This document shows positions 31,806-42,393 of a DNA stretch of 64,000 nt, in pieces. The stretch comes from an uncultured Clostridia bacterium (lineage in GTDB: Bacteria > Bacillota > Clostridia > Oscillospirales > Acutalibacteraceae). The position numbers and the translations under genes were made by a program. Location: assembly GCA_963930995.1 (NCBI GenBank), contig OZ006971.1, positions 481,319-545,318 of the forward strand, in the 5' to 3' direction. How positions within the stretch are numbered: the stretch's first letter is position 1; each line of letters opens with the position of its first letter. The notes below the pieces were generated by a model, which did not search any database, was not told the DNA's origin, and saw only the letters and a program-made list of their open reading frames with translations.

Positions 31806-32009
31806 ACAAAAAGCCCCTTTTGCAGCCGCGTGAATTTTCCGTGCGCCAACCGCGCAAAGAGGGCGGAAAATTCCCAAAATCCGCGGAAGTTTCTCATGTG
31901 TTTCTTATTGTACGCGCATTTTTGGGGGCCGTCAAGGAAACTTGCATCTTTGCCCTGATTCGTATAAAATAGAACCAACGAAAACCAGCACCGCCGTATC
32001 GGGAGGGGA

Positions 32010-32876
32010 ATGTTCATGTACGAAACGACATACAATACCTGGAATCGAAAAATTATCAAATCGAATGCGAAATTGGCGCTGCGCGGCCGGTATGGGCCGT
32101 GTTTTGCCGCTTCGCTGATCGCCGTGCTTTTGTCCGGCAGCGTGCTCGCCTATATCGCCATGCAGCTCAACCTGCGCGTGCAGTTGGAGATGACCTATTG
32201 GATCGACCGGCTTTCTTCCTATTCGAGCGACTACGGCCTTTATTTTGACTATGGCGCCGGGGACGTGTGGGGCGACTACTACCTGCGCGCGCTTTTCCAG
32301 CAGCTGGAAGCGCTTTGGACCGTCGCGATGGTGTTGATGGTCTTTACCGTGGTGGTTTCCATCTTCGTCGGCGGGCCGCTGCGCGTCGGTGAGGCGCGCT
32401 TTTATGTGCACCATCGCTTTGGCGATACGCACGTATCGACGGTGCTCTCGGGCTTTCGGCAGCGCTACCTCTCGACGGTCGGCGCGCGGTTTACGACAAA
32501 CCTCTTCATCGGCCTGTGGTCGTTACTGTTCGTGATCCCGGGCATCGTCGCGGCGTACCGCTACTACTACGTCGATTTCCTGTTGGCGGACAACCCGGGC
32601 CTCACGGGCTCCCGCGCGCGGGAGATCAGCAAAGAGATGACGAAGGGTGAAAAGGGGAGCCTGTTCCTTCTGGACCTCTCGTTTTTAGGCTGGGGGATTC
32701 TGGCGGCCTTTGTCAACGCGTTTACGCTCGGCATTTTAGGGCTTGCCTTATTAAAGCCGTACATGATGGCGGCGCGCGCGGATGTTTACGTCTATGCGCG
32801 CGACCGCGCGATCGCGCAGGGCTGGCTGCGCCCGGAAGAGCTCGCGCTCGTGCCGCCGCAGCCGCCGGTGCAGTGA
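32010..32876 (+). CDS. DUF975-family membrane protein
   Basis: LWSLLFVIPGIVAAYRY, SKEMTKG.K.SLFLLDLSFLGW and PY motifs. Confidence 0.85.
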   Translation: MFMYETTYNTWNRKIIKSNAKLALRGRYGPCFAASLIAVLLSGSVLAYIAMQLNLRVQLEMTYWIDRLSSYSSDYGLYFDYGAGDVWGDYYLRALFQQLEALWTVAMVLMVFTVVVSIFVGGPLRVGEARFYVHHRFGDTHVSTVLSGFRQRYLSTVGARFTTNLFIGLWSLLFVIPGIVAAYRYYYVDFLLADNPGLTGSRAREISKEMTKGEKGSLFLLDLSFLGWGILAAFVNAFTLGILGLALLKPYMMAARADVYVYARDRAIAQGWLRPEELALVPPQPPVQ

Positions 32877-32889
32877 GGATGGGGGCGTT

Positions 32890-34083
32890 TTGCATTTGCG
32901 TTTGCTCTATTTGACGTTTCAGGAGGATGCGCCGCTTTACGCGGGGGTTCTCAATAAAATCCGCGGGCAGGCGGCGGCATTTTGCGCGCTCGGTTTCTCG
33001 ACGACGTATTCGGCCTGGAAGGGGAATGCCTTCCATTTTTATGGGGATGCCCCGGCGGCCGTCCCGATCGACGCCGACCGCCAGGTCATGCGCCGTTTTT
33101 ATGAAATTGCCGCGGGTTATCTTACGCGCAATCCCTGCGAAGTGCTGTATGTGCGATTAGACCGCGTCGATTTCGGCGTCGTGTCGCTTTTAAAGCGGGC
33201 AAAGGCATGCGGGGTCAAGCATATCCTTCTGGAGATTCCGAATTACCCGTATTTGCGGGACTATGTGCGCACGGCCAAGTCGGTTTCGGATCCGAAACGG
33301 CGCCTGCTTTCGACGGTCAAGGTCAACCTCTTTGCCGCCGAGGACCGCCTTGCCGGCCCGCACCTAAAGGGCCTCGCGGACGCCGCGATCCTTTACGGCG
33401 ACACGGCCTCCGACTTTTACGGCGTGCCGGCGAAAAACGCGACGAACGGCATCGACTGCGCCGTGCTGCCGCCGGTGCCGTGGCCGAAAAAGAGCACGGA
33501 GATCGTCTTGATCGGGGGTGGCGGGCACGCTTTGGTGGCAGGCATACGACCGCGTGCTGCGCGGCATGGCAAACTGGAACCAGCAGAAAGACCCGCGCTG
33601 GACGTTCCGCTTCCTGCTTGTGGGCGGCGACGAAAAGGAGATGCCGGCGTTTCGCGAACAGGTGCGTGCGCTCGGACTCTCCGATGCGGTTGAGATGCCG
33701 GCTTCAAAACCGGCGAGGAACTGCTCAGCTATTACCGCCGCGCGGATGCCGGTGTCTCGACGCTCGGCTGCTTCCGCCGCGGCCTGACGCACTGCTCGTC
33801 GCTCAAGGCGCGCGAGTATGCGGCGCTGGGGCTGCCGTTTCTCTATGCCTACAGCGACGACGCCCTGCCCGGCGACGCGCCGTGGGCGCTGCGCCTTTCG
33901 AATGACGACACGCCCGTCGATATGGGCCGCGTTGCCGCGTTCGTCGAGCAGTGCCGCGAAGACCCGCGCATCGTGCTGCAGGAGCGCGAATATGCGCAGG
34001 AAGTGTACGACTGGCGTTCTATTCTGGCCGATGCGCTGCAGTTTGGCGGTGTCGCGCTGCCGCAGGGCCCCGAACAGGCATAA
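32890..34083 (+). CDS. GT-B (GT4-like) glycosyltransferase with apparent frameshifts near 33515 and 33700
   Basis: GVLNKIRGQ, EIPNYPY, NGID, then VAGTLWWQAYDR, then SSLKAREYAALGLPF...YDW across three frames. Confidence 0.75.
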
Positions 34084-34185
34084 CCCTCCGTCCCTTTTGT
34101 GCGGATGTGATAGAAATCAAACAGGCGGCCTGCCTTTCCCGAAACCCGGAAGGCAGGCCGCCTGCTTTTTCTTTGTTTTATCCGC

Positions 34186-36252
34186 TTATTCCGCTTTTGC
34201 GGCGGCGATAATCTTCTCCGATACCTGCGACGGGCACTGTTCATAGCGCGCAAAGCTCGTCAGGAAACTGCCGCGCCCCTGTGTGCACTGGCTCAGGAAC
34301 ACGCCGAAATCGGTCATCTCCGCTTCGGGCGCCTCGGCCTCAATCGTCTGCACGCCGTCGCCGGAAGGCGTCATGCCGAGCACGCGGCCGCGGCGTTTGT
34401 TGATTTCGCCCATGACGTCGCCCATGTTCGTGTCCGGCACCGTGATCTGCACGGTATCGATCGGTTCGAGCAGCACGGGGTCCGCCTGCGAGACGCCGTT
34501 TTTATAGGCGATCGAAGCGGCCGTCTTAAACGCCATTTCGGAGCTGTCCACCGGAATGGTAGGAGCCGTCGTACAGCGTCGCATGCAGGCCGACCATCGG
34601 ATACCCGGCGAGCGGGCCCTTCTGGATGCTCTCGCGCAGGCCCTTTTCGACGGCCGGGAAGTAGTTCTTCGGCACGCTGCCCGCCGACGACCTGGACGTC
34701 AAATTCGAGCCCTTCGCTGTCGCACGGCGAGAACTCGATCCCACACGTCGCCGACTGCCCGTGGCCGCCGGTCTGTTTCTTGTGGCGGCCCTGCACCTTC
34801 ACGGATTTGCGGATCGTCTCGCGGTAGGCGATTTTCGGCGCGGCAAGGCTTGCCTGGACGTTGTAGCGGTCGCGCATCTTCGCGAGCACGACGTCCAAGT
34901 GCTGTTCGCCGAGGCCCGAGAGCAGCAGCTGGTGGGTCTCCGTATTGTTTTCAAAGCGGATGGACGGGTCTTCTTCCATGAGCTTCGCGATGCTCTGTGC
35001 GACCTTGTCCTCTTCGCCCTTCGTCTGCGGCAGAATCGCCATGCGCAGCGAGGGGGCGGGGTATTCGATGCCGTCGAGCGTGACCTTGCGCGTCGGCGCG
35101 CACAGCGTGTCGCCGGTCGCAACGTTCGAGAGCTTTAACACCGCGCCGATGTCGCCGGCCGGGGATCACGCGCATATCCTCCTGCTTTTTGCCGCGCATG
35201 AGCACGACTTTGCCGATTTTTTCCGTGTTGCCCGTGCGCATGTCGAGAAGGCTGTCGTCCTGGCGGACCTTGCCCGCGATGCACTTTAAGAAGCTGACCT
35301 TGCCGACGAACGGGTCGGCAATCGTCTTAAAGCACAAAGCGGCCGTGGCGGCATCTTCATTGACGGACAGATCGACCGGTTCGCCGTCGATGTCTGCGCC
35401 GATTTCGCCGGCCTTATCGGCGGCCGTCGGCAAAAGCCACGTCAGGCCGTCCAAGAACTGCTCCATGCCGCGCATCAGAAGCGCGTCGCCGCAGAACACG
35501 GGGATGATTGCGCCGGATTTGACGCCTTTCGATACGCCGACGATGACCTCTTCGGGTGTGAATTCCTCGCCGGAGAAGTATTTTTCGAACATCTCGTCGT
35601 CGGTTTCCGCGACGGCTTCGCAGATCGCCGTGCGCAGGCCCGCCAGGCGGGTGGTCGCCATGTCGGGCATCGGCACCTCAACGGGGGCGCCGTTCGAATA
35701 ATCGAAGGCTTTGTAAGCCAAGAGGTTAATGTAGACATTTGCCTGGCCGTCTTCAATGTACGGCACGACGACCGGGCAGACCGTCGGGCCGAATTTGGCC
35801 TTTAAGTCTTCAAATACATGGTAGAAGCGGGCGCTTTCGTCGCACAGGCCGTTGACGAAGAACGCCTTTGCGAGGCCGCGCTTTTCGGCCGCGGCGACGG
35901 CCTTTTCCGTGCCGACGCACACGCTGTCCTTGCCGCTGACGATGATCAAAGCGCTGTCCGCCGCGCGCATGGCCTCTGCGGCTGCGCCCGCAAAGTCAAA
36001 CAGGCCCGGCGCATCCAGCAGGTTCAGCTTCTTATTTTTCCATTCAACGGGCGCAACGGCCATGCCTACGCTGACGCCGCGGCGGATTTCCTCCGGGTCG
36101 TAGTCACACACGGTGTTGCCGTCGGAAACTTTGCCCAAGCGGTTCGTGGCGCCCGACAGGCGCAGCATCGCCTCCGCGACACTGGTCTTGCCGGCGCCAC
36201 TGTGCCCGGCGAGGACGATATTGTAAATTTGCTTTGCGGAATAGGCTTTCAT
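34186..36252 (-). CDS. Elongation factor G paralog (EF-G2/FusA2-like) with several apparent 1-bp indels
   Basis: [55 protein letters not shown] and LLEPI..MGDVMG across frames. Confidence 0.88.
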
Positions 36253-36535
36253 GGATTTGGTTCCCCCTTTGGGTTTGACAGTAAAATTCTCAGAATATCA
36301 ATGATTTGATTATAGCCTACTTTGCTATTTTTCGCAATAGGGAGAAGTAAAATTTTATGAAATCCGAACTCAAAGAAGCTTTTCGCTTTTGAAAGAAGAC
36401 GGCGCGGGGAGGAAAAGGCCGCTTTCTGCATTTCCCGATGAAGAGACCCGGCAGGAATAAAATAAAAATTTTCAGACAAGGTACAAAGCAGGCGGGCGCT
36501 TTCACCCGCCAAAAACGGAAAAGGAGTTTTGCTTT

Positions 36536-37340
36536 ATGGGCTATCGTACCGATCTGGCGCTCGAGCGCGGCAGCATGAAAGGGAAAGACCACCGTCCACC
36601 GCGGCCTGCGCATCAGCCGCACACAGGAGCGGGATACGCAGTATATCACGGTCGAGGCGCCGCAGATTACGGGCACGGTCACCGGGGATGCCTCGCTGCG
36701 CCTTGTTTTGACGAAGGAGCTGCAGGCCCTTCTGCCGCAGGACGGCTGTGTGCTCGTCGCGGGGCTCGGCAACCCGGCCATTACGCCGGACGCCTTGGGG
36801 CCGCTGTGCGCCGACCGCGTCCTCGCGACGCGCCATGTGCGGGGCGCCGCCGCGCGCGCCGTGGGGCTTTCGGGGCTGCGCAGCGTCGCGGTCGTAAAAC
36901 CCGGCGTGCTCGGCACCACGGGTGTCGAGACGGCGGAATTCCTGTTAGCCGTCGTCAAAGCGCTGCGCCCGTGCGCCGTGGTGGCGGTTGACGCGCTGGC
37001 GGCCGGGAAACTCCACCGCCTCGGCAAAACGGTCCAGCTCTCCGACGGCGGCATCGCGCCGGGGGCCGGCGTCGGCAACGACCGGCCCAAGCTTGACCGC
37101 GAGACGCTCGGCGTGCCGGTCATCGGCCTCGGCGTGCCGACCGTCGTCGACGCCGCCACGCTGTGCGGCGCCGTGTGTACGTGCGATACCGCCCGCGCTC
37201 CGGCCGATACCGCCGGCATGATGGTCACGCCGCGCGGCATCGACGCGCTCGTCTCTCGTGCCGCGCATGTGCTCGCGCTGTCGCTCAACTGCGCGCTGAA
37301 CCCGCGCTTTGAGCCGCGTGTCTTCGAGGAATTGCTCTAG
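36536..37340 (+). CDS. gpr: GPR-family germination endopeptidase, apparent frameshift near 36585
   Basis: YRTDLALE, GLGN..ITPDALGP, PGVLGTTG.ET, VDALAA, GIAPGAGVGN.R and MVTP. Confidence 0.82.
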
Positions 37341-37440
37341 GCTTCCCGCTTTGCAATCTGTTTCGCTTTCTGGTATGATAAAGGCAATTTCGGCGCCGGG
37401 ATTTCCCGGCTGCCCCTTTCTGAAAGAAGGAGGCCTTCCC

Positions 37441-38402
37441 ATGCAGATTGCGTTTCGCCAGGGTCCCGTTTCCCGAAGCCCAGTGCCGCGTCCTCGACGA
37501 AGCCTGCCGCGCGCAGGGGCTTTTGCCCACCTGGTTTTCCGAAAAAGAGCCGCTTTCCCCAGAGGTGCTGCGGCCGTTTGCGGCGCTGCTCGGCTATTTC
37601 CCGCCGGCTTTGCTGAAAAACCTGCCGGCGCTCCAATGGGTGCAGCTGCCGTGCGCCGGCGCGGAGCGCTATTGCGGCGCGCTCGGCGAACACGTCGTGC
37701 TGACGAATGCGTCCGGCGCGTTTAATACGGCGATTGCCGAATATTTATTGCTCGGCTTATTGGCGCTTTACCGGGATTTGCCGGGATATTTTCAAAACCA
37801 GCGCGCAAGGATTTGGAAACCGCTCGGCCCCGCGCGCACGGTCGCGGGCAGCACCGTGCTCGTGATCGGCTGCGGGGAAATCGGGCGCACCTTCGCGCAG
37901 AAAGCCGCGGCGCTCGGGCGCGCGGGTCGCCGGCATCCACCGCGGGGAGGGCGCCGCTGCCGGCCCCGTTTGTGCGCACGTACACGCAGGCAGACCTTCC
38001 CCGGGCGCTCGCCGGGGCCGATGCCTGCGTTTTGTGCCTGCCGGCAACCGAGGAGACGCGCGGCTTCTTTTCGGAAGCGGGCGTTTCGCGCGATGCGCCC
38101 GGGGCGCGGTGCTTTTAAACTGCGGCCGCGGCAGCACCGTCGATGAGGCGGCCCTTGTGAAAGCGCTCGAAAGCGGCCGGCTCTCCGGCGCCGTGCTCGA
38201 TGTGTTCGAAAAGGAGCCGCTGCCGAAGGACAGCCCGCTGTGGGGGATGCCGAATGTCGTGCTTACGCCGCATATTTCCGGCCCGCGACGGCGACCCGTG
38301 CAATGCACCGGAAATCTTCGCGATTTTCCGGGAGAATCTCACGCGCTTTGCCGAGGGCAGGCCGCTGGACGCATATCGTCGACAAGGGCGCGTGGCTATT
38401 GA
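37441..38402 (+). CDS. D-2-hydroxyacid dehydrogenase with multiple apparent frameshifts
   Basis: WVQL..AG, TNASG, IAEY, GCGEIG, LPAT.ET, NCGRG, LDVFE.EPL and TPHISG across frames. Confidence 0.75.
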
Positions 38403-39485
38403 GCCAGGCTTCTTTAATTCCTGTGCGAGGACCTGCCCGAACAATTCCCCGCCGTAGACGGCTTCGTCGAGCGTGTTGACCTCCGTGCCGAATTCGACCA
38501 AAAGCGAGCCGGGCGTCATCTGCTCGTTGTAGCGGTTCGGGCTGAAATTTAGCGGCCGCATCAGGTTTGGGAAAAGTTCGGCGGCACCCTGCTGCAGGCG
38601 GACCGCGAGGCGCAGGTTTTCCTCCCAGTTCGGGAAGCCGAGCGTGCCGTCGTCGTCGCAGCCGGAAATAATCATGATCTGGCACGCCTTTTTGCCGTTG
38701 ACGATTACCGTCGGCTTATAGCGCGTGCCGGAGGAGGTCGTCATCGTGTCGCGGTGGATGTCGAGCGTGACCTGGATGGTCGGGTACTGCTTTAAGTTTT
38801 TCTCCATCGTCTGCGCGCTGCGCGTGTAGCTGCCGCTGAATACCGGGTCATCGTGGATGGTCGTGTCGTGGATGACGCCGATGCCCGCCGCCTCCAGGGA
38901 TTTTGCGACCGCGTCCCCGACCGCGACGACGTTCTGCGAGGGGTCGCGCGTGCGCGTTACGCCCGCGTACGCCTCCGTCGTGTGCGTGTGGTACAACAGC
39001 ACCATCGGGGTGCCGTCGAGGCGGATGTCCAAAGGCGGCGTTTCCGAAAGCACCTGCGCAACGTCGAGGGAATGGTATGTGTTTTTATTGGACACATAGA
39101 GATCCCCCTGCTTCGTGCCGTTTTCGGAAATATCCGTCTCGAGGATCTGGTTCCCGAGGTCCGTATCCGCGACGCGCTGCGTGACGGCCGGCGTGCTGCT
39201 CGAGGCGGCCGGCGGTGTGGAGGAAGCCGCGGAGGCGGCCGCTTCGGAGGCGGCCGTCTGCGAGGAAGCGGGCGCTTGAGACGGCGCGGCCGCGCTTTGC
39301 TGGGCGCGTGTATCGTCTTCGCCGGCCGGCTGCAAAAGCGCGTGGACCGTGCCGTTTGGCAGCGCGAACCCCGCCGCGAAGAGTGCCCCCTCGGATGCGG
39401 AAAGCGCGGGCAGCCGCATGGCCGCGGCCGCGCACGCCGCCGCCAGCACAAGGCTCGCGCCGGCCGTTTTCCAGATTTTGCGCAC
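38396..39485 (-). CDS. spoIIP: Stage II sporulation protein P (amidase/endopeptidase); the stop codon appears lost to a 1-bp insertion
   Basis: [34 protein letters not shown]; removing one C gives ELKKLAQ* ending at 38396. Confidence 0.88.
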
Positions 39486-39533
39486 GGGCGTCCCCTCCTT
39501 TCTGCTTCGTCCCCAAAACGGTGCCCTGCATGT

Positions 39534-39563
39534 ATTGTATCGCGGGAGCAGGGAAAAATATGC
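39534..39563 (-). promoter_or_regulatory. Putative sigma-E promoter for spoIIP
   Basis: Minus strand gcATA-17-gATAcaaT. Confidence 0.45.
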
Positions 39564-39600
39564 AGGTTCCTGCATTTTTCCTGGCAAAGGGGGGAGTCCG

Positions 39601-39855
39601 ATGCAAACGAGGCCGGGCCTGCGCTGCTTTTTTGTTTCGTTTGCCTGCACGCTGATCGTGCTGGGCAGCCTGCTCGCGCTCGCGCGCGTCGATCTCGCGA
39701 CGCGGCATGTCGGTTTTGCGGACGGGCGGACGGTATACGTCGAACAGCTGCGGCCGTTTTTACAGGCGCACACGGGCATTTGTAAATTCACGGATCTATG
39801 GTATAATCGACTCATCGAAATCATTTGCCCGCAGGCACTGGGGGATTCTTCGTGA
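39601..39855 (+). CDS. Small hypothetical membrane protein
   Basis: GGGGAG RBS; N-terminal hydrophobic helix; stop overlaps the next start (GTGA). Confidence 0.45.
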   Translation: MQTRPGLRCFFVSFACTLIVLGSLLALARVDLATRHVGFADGRTVYVEQLRPFLQAHTGICKFTDLWYNRLIEIICPQALGDSS

Positions 39856-40322
39856 AAGCATGGAACCGAATTTGGGGGGCGCTTCTCGCGTCTTTGCTGC
39901 TGTGTCTTTTGGCGGCACTGCCGGCCGCCGCGAGCGGCGTTTACGCACAGGCTTCGGCCGTTTCTGCCGTTTCCGCGGCGGAGAGCGCTTCGCTGTCCGC
40001 GGCCGGAAGCCGGGCGCCGGTTTCTTCGGAAAAACCCATCTCGCTGCCGCCGGTCGAAAGTGTCAACGAGACGCCCGTGCTGGGTCCGACGACCTCCACG
40101 CCGGTGCGCGACAATTTTTTAAACGGCCTGGGCATCGTATTGTGGGCGGCGGCCGTCGCGGCGGTGGTGGCAATCCTTTTGCGCGCGCGCCGTTCGCGCC
40201 GCCGTACGCGTTCGCCCGACGCCGTGTTGGGCAAGCGCCGCTACCACGCCGTGCACCGCGACCGCAGGCGGCGGCTTCTCGGGGATAAATATTACCACGA
40301 CAAGAAATACGATAAAAAGTAA
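39852..40322 (+). CDS. Hypothetical exported/membrane-anchored protein
   Basis: Signal-like N-terminus, Ser/Ala-rich linker, TM helix and basic tail; terminator follows at about 40367-40400. Confidence 0.6.
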   Translation: MKAWNRIWGALLASLLLCLLAALPAAASGVYAQASAVSAVSAAESASLSAAGSRAPVSSEKPISLPPVESVNETPVLGPTTSTPVRDNFLNGLGIVLWAAAVAAVVAILLRARRSRRRTRSPDAVLGKRRYHAVHRDRRRRLLGDKYYHDKKYDKK

Positions 40323-40518
40323 AGCTACAAAAGAAAACCGACAGAATCCATAAAATCAAATTCCACAAACGGGGGGGCTTGGCAGCCTCCCGTTTTTTTC
40401 GTTTTATACAAAGGCGCGGTTTACAGAAACCGGATTGTATGGTATCCTAAAAATAGAGAGCGCATCCCATTTCCAGATCTTTGAGAGCCTGTCCTGTTTC
40501 AAAAAGGAGGAATTTTTC

Positions 40519-41331
40519 ATGAAACAAAAGAAAATCCTGACGTTCTTGAGCGCTGCCGCCGCATTGTGTGTGGCCCTCGCGGCCTGCTCGGGCGGCAGCA
40601 CGGCACAGATCAACACGCTCCCGGAGAAGGAAGCGGCCGGCGCCGCGCAGACGGCGGTGCGGGCAAGCGTGGAGCTGGCGGACAAGGAAATCCCGGTCAA
40701 GGCGATTACGTCCGAACAGGCGGACGTGCTGTGCGGCATCCCGGCGGGCACAACGCCGGAAACGCCCATCCGCACGGAACTTTATACAGATGAGAATCAG
40801 AACGTATACACCTACGACAACCTCGGCCGCCTGACGGAATACACGGCGACACAGCCGCAAAAGGCCGCCGTCAAGCTCTCGAGTGCAGCGTCGGCGGAAG
40901 AGGTGGTAAAGTCTTTGCCGGAAGTGCTCGGCGATGCGGTGCCGCATCTCGAAGACTTTGCAATTTGGCAAGACCCCTATGGGTCGAATGATCCGAATCG
41001 CTGCGTGCTCGTGCGTGAGATTGGGGAGAATCAGAAAGATTCGATGGAAGTCAGATGGAATACGGATGGTTCCGTAAAATCCATTTGGGTGTCCTATTCG
41101 TCCGATACCGAAGTGCCGCTGTCCGATTCCGTAAAGGAGGTATTGCTGCAACAAGCGCAGACGGAAATGGAAAAGCAAGCGAAAGCCGGAAATGCGGTCG
41201 ACGCGAAAATCTCGGATGTGCATTTCAGTGAACGCAGCAAAACGATAAAGGGAACTTTCGCATTCGTGTTCACCGACGAATCCGGCGCGAAGTGGGCAGA
41301 AAATTATGAGTGCTCACAGCCGCTCGAATGA
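40519..41331 (+). CDS. Hypothetical lipoprotein
   Basis: AAGGAGG RBS; lipobox LAAC. Confidence 0.8.
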   Translation: MKQKKILTFLSAAAALCVALAACSGGSTAQINTLPEKEAAGAAQTAVRASVELADKEIPVKAITSEQADVLCGIPAGTTPETPIRTELYTDENQNVYTYDNLGRLTEYTATQPQKAAVKLSSAASAEEVVKSLPEVLGDAVPHLEDFAIWQDPYGSNDPNRCVLVREIGENQKDSMEVRWNTDGSVKSIWVSYSSDTEVPLSDSVKEVLLQQAQTEMEKQAKAGNAVDAKISDVHFSERSKTIKGTFAFVFTDESGAKWAENYECSQPLE

Positions 41332-41427
41332 GTAACAAAATAAAAAGACAGAAAAAGGCGCCCGTCCTGCCGAAAAAAGCAGGGCGGGCGCCCGTTTGTG
41401 TTTGTTTTCGGGGCGCTGCGCTTCGGT

Positions 41428-42393
41428 TTACGCGTTTACGAGATTCTGCGGGTGCCCCTCCAAAAACGACCGCACGTTTTCGACCGCGATGTCCATCAGC
41501 CGCGCGCGGCTCTCCTTCGGCGCCCACGAGATGTGCGGCGTCACGAGGCAGTGAGGCTCTTTAAAGAGCGGGTTATCCTCCCGCGGCGGCTCGACTTCGA
41601 GCACGTCTAACCCCGCGCCGGCAAGTTTCCCGCTTTGCAAGGCGGCAAGAAGCGCCCGCTCGTCGATCAATGGCCCGCGCGATGTGTTTAAAACGAGCGC
41701 GCCCGTCTTCATCTGCGCGATCGTCTCGTCGCAAAGCAGGTGCTGTGTGTCCGGCAGAAGCGGGCAGTGCAGGCTCACGACGTCGCTCTCGCGCAAAAGG
41801 GTAGGGAGGTCTACCTTTTCGGCCGGCGGCGCGGCGGGCGCCTTTTCGTCATACGCCAACACCCGCATGCCGAACGCCGCCGCGAGTTTCCCGACGGCCC
41901 GCCCGATGCGCCCGTAGCCGATGATCCCGAACGTCTTGCCCGCAAGCTCGATGAGCGGCGTGTCCCAGAAGCAGAAATCTTCACACCGGCTCCATTTGCC
42001 CGCCTTGACGGCGCGGCTGTGGTCGCCGACATGGTGGCACAATTCCAAAAGCAGCGCCATCGTCATCTGCGCGACGGAATTCGTCGCATACGTCGGGATG
42101 TTGCTGACGAGGACCCCGTGCGCCCGTGCGGCGGCCGTGTCGATGACGTTGTAGCCCGTGGCCAATACGCCGATGTACTTTAATTCCGGCGAAAGCGCGT
42201 CGATCACAGCGCCCGATACGGGCGTCTTATTGACGAGCAGGATCTCGGCGCCTTTCGCGCGGCGGAGGATCTCCTCGTCGCCGTCCCGAAACGGCGTGCG
42301 GTCATAGACCGTCAAGTCCCCGAGCGCTTCCAGGCCCGCCCAGCTCAAATCGCCGGGATTTTCCGTATAGCCGTCGAGTATCACGATTTTCAA
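41428..42393 (-). CDS. D-2-hydroxyacid dehydrogenase (glycerate dehydrogenase/HprA-like)
   Basis: KIVILDGYTENPGDLSW, ATGYN, GYGRIG, NTSRG and TPHISW; TTG start overlaps the aldolase stop. Confidence 0.9.
   Translation of the reverse strand: MKIVILDGYTENPGDLSWAGLEALGDLTVYDRTPFRDGDEEILRRAKGAEILLVNKTPVSGAVIDALSPELKYIGVLATGYNVIDTAAARAHGVLVSNIPTYATNSVAQMTMALLLELCHHVGDHSRAVKAGKWSRCEDFCFWDTPLIELAGKTFGIIGYGRIGRAVGKLAAAFGMRVLAYDEKAPAAPPAEKVDLPTLLRESDVVSLHCPLLPDTQHLLCDETIAQMKTGALVLNTSRGPLIDERALLAALQSGKLAGAGLDVLEVEPPREDNPLFKEPHCLVTPHISWAPKESRARLMDIAVENVRSFLEGHPQNLVNA

Noticed and set aside
34186-36252. Programmed frameshifting in the EF-G paralog, or a TetM-like resistance gene
   Set aside because: At least five scattered indels with no slippery motif, and neighbours are equally affected; domain IV/V motifs are EF-G-like
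38115-39824. 569-aa extended SpoIIP
   Set aside because: The N-extension lies upstream of the RBS-supported GTG at 39485; the C-extension arises from a probable 1-bp insertion near 38405 and overlaps the convergent dehydrogenase
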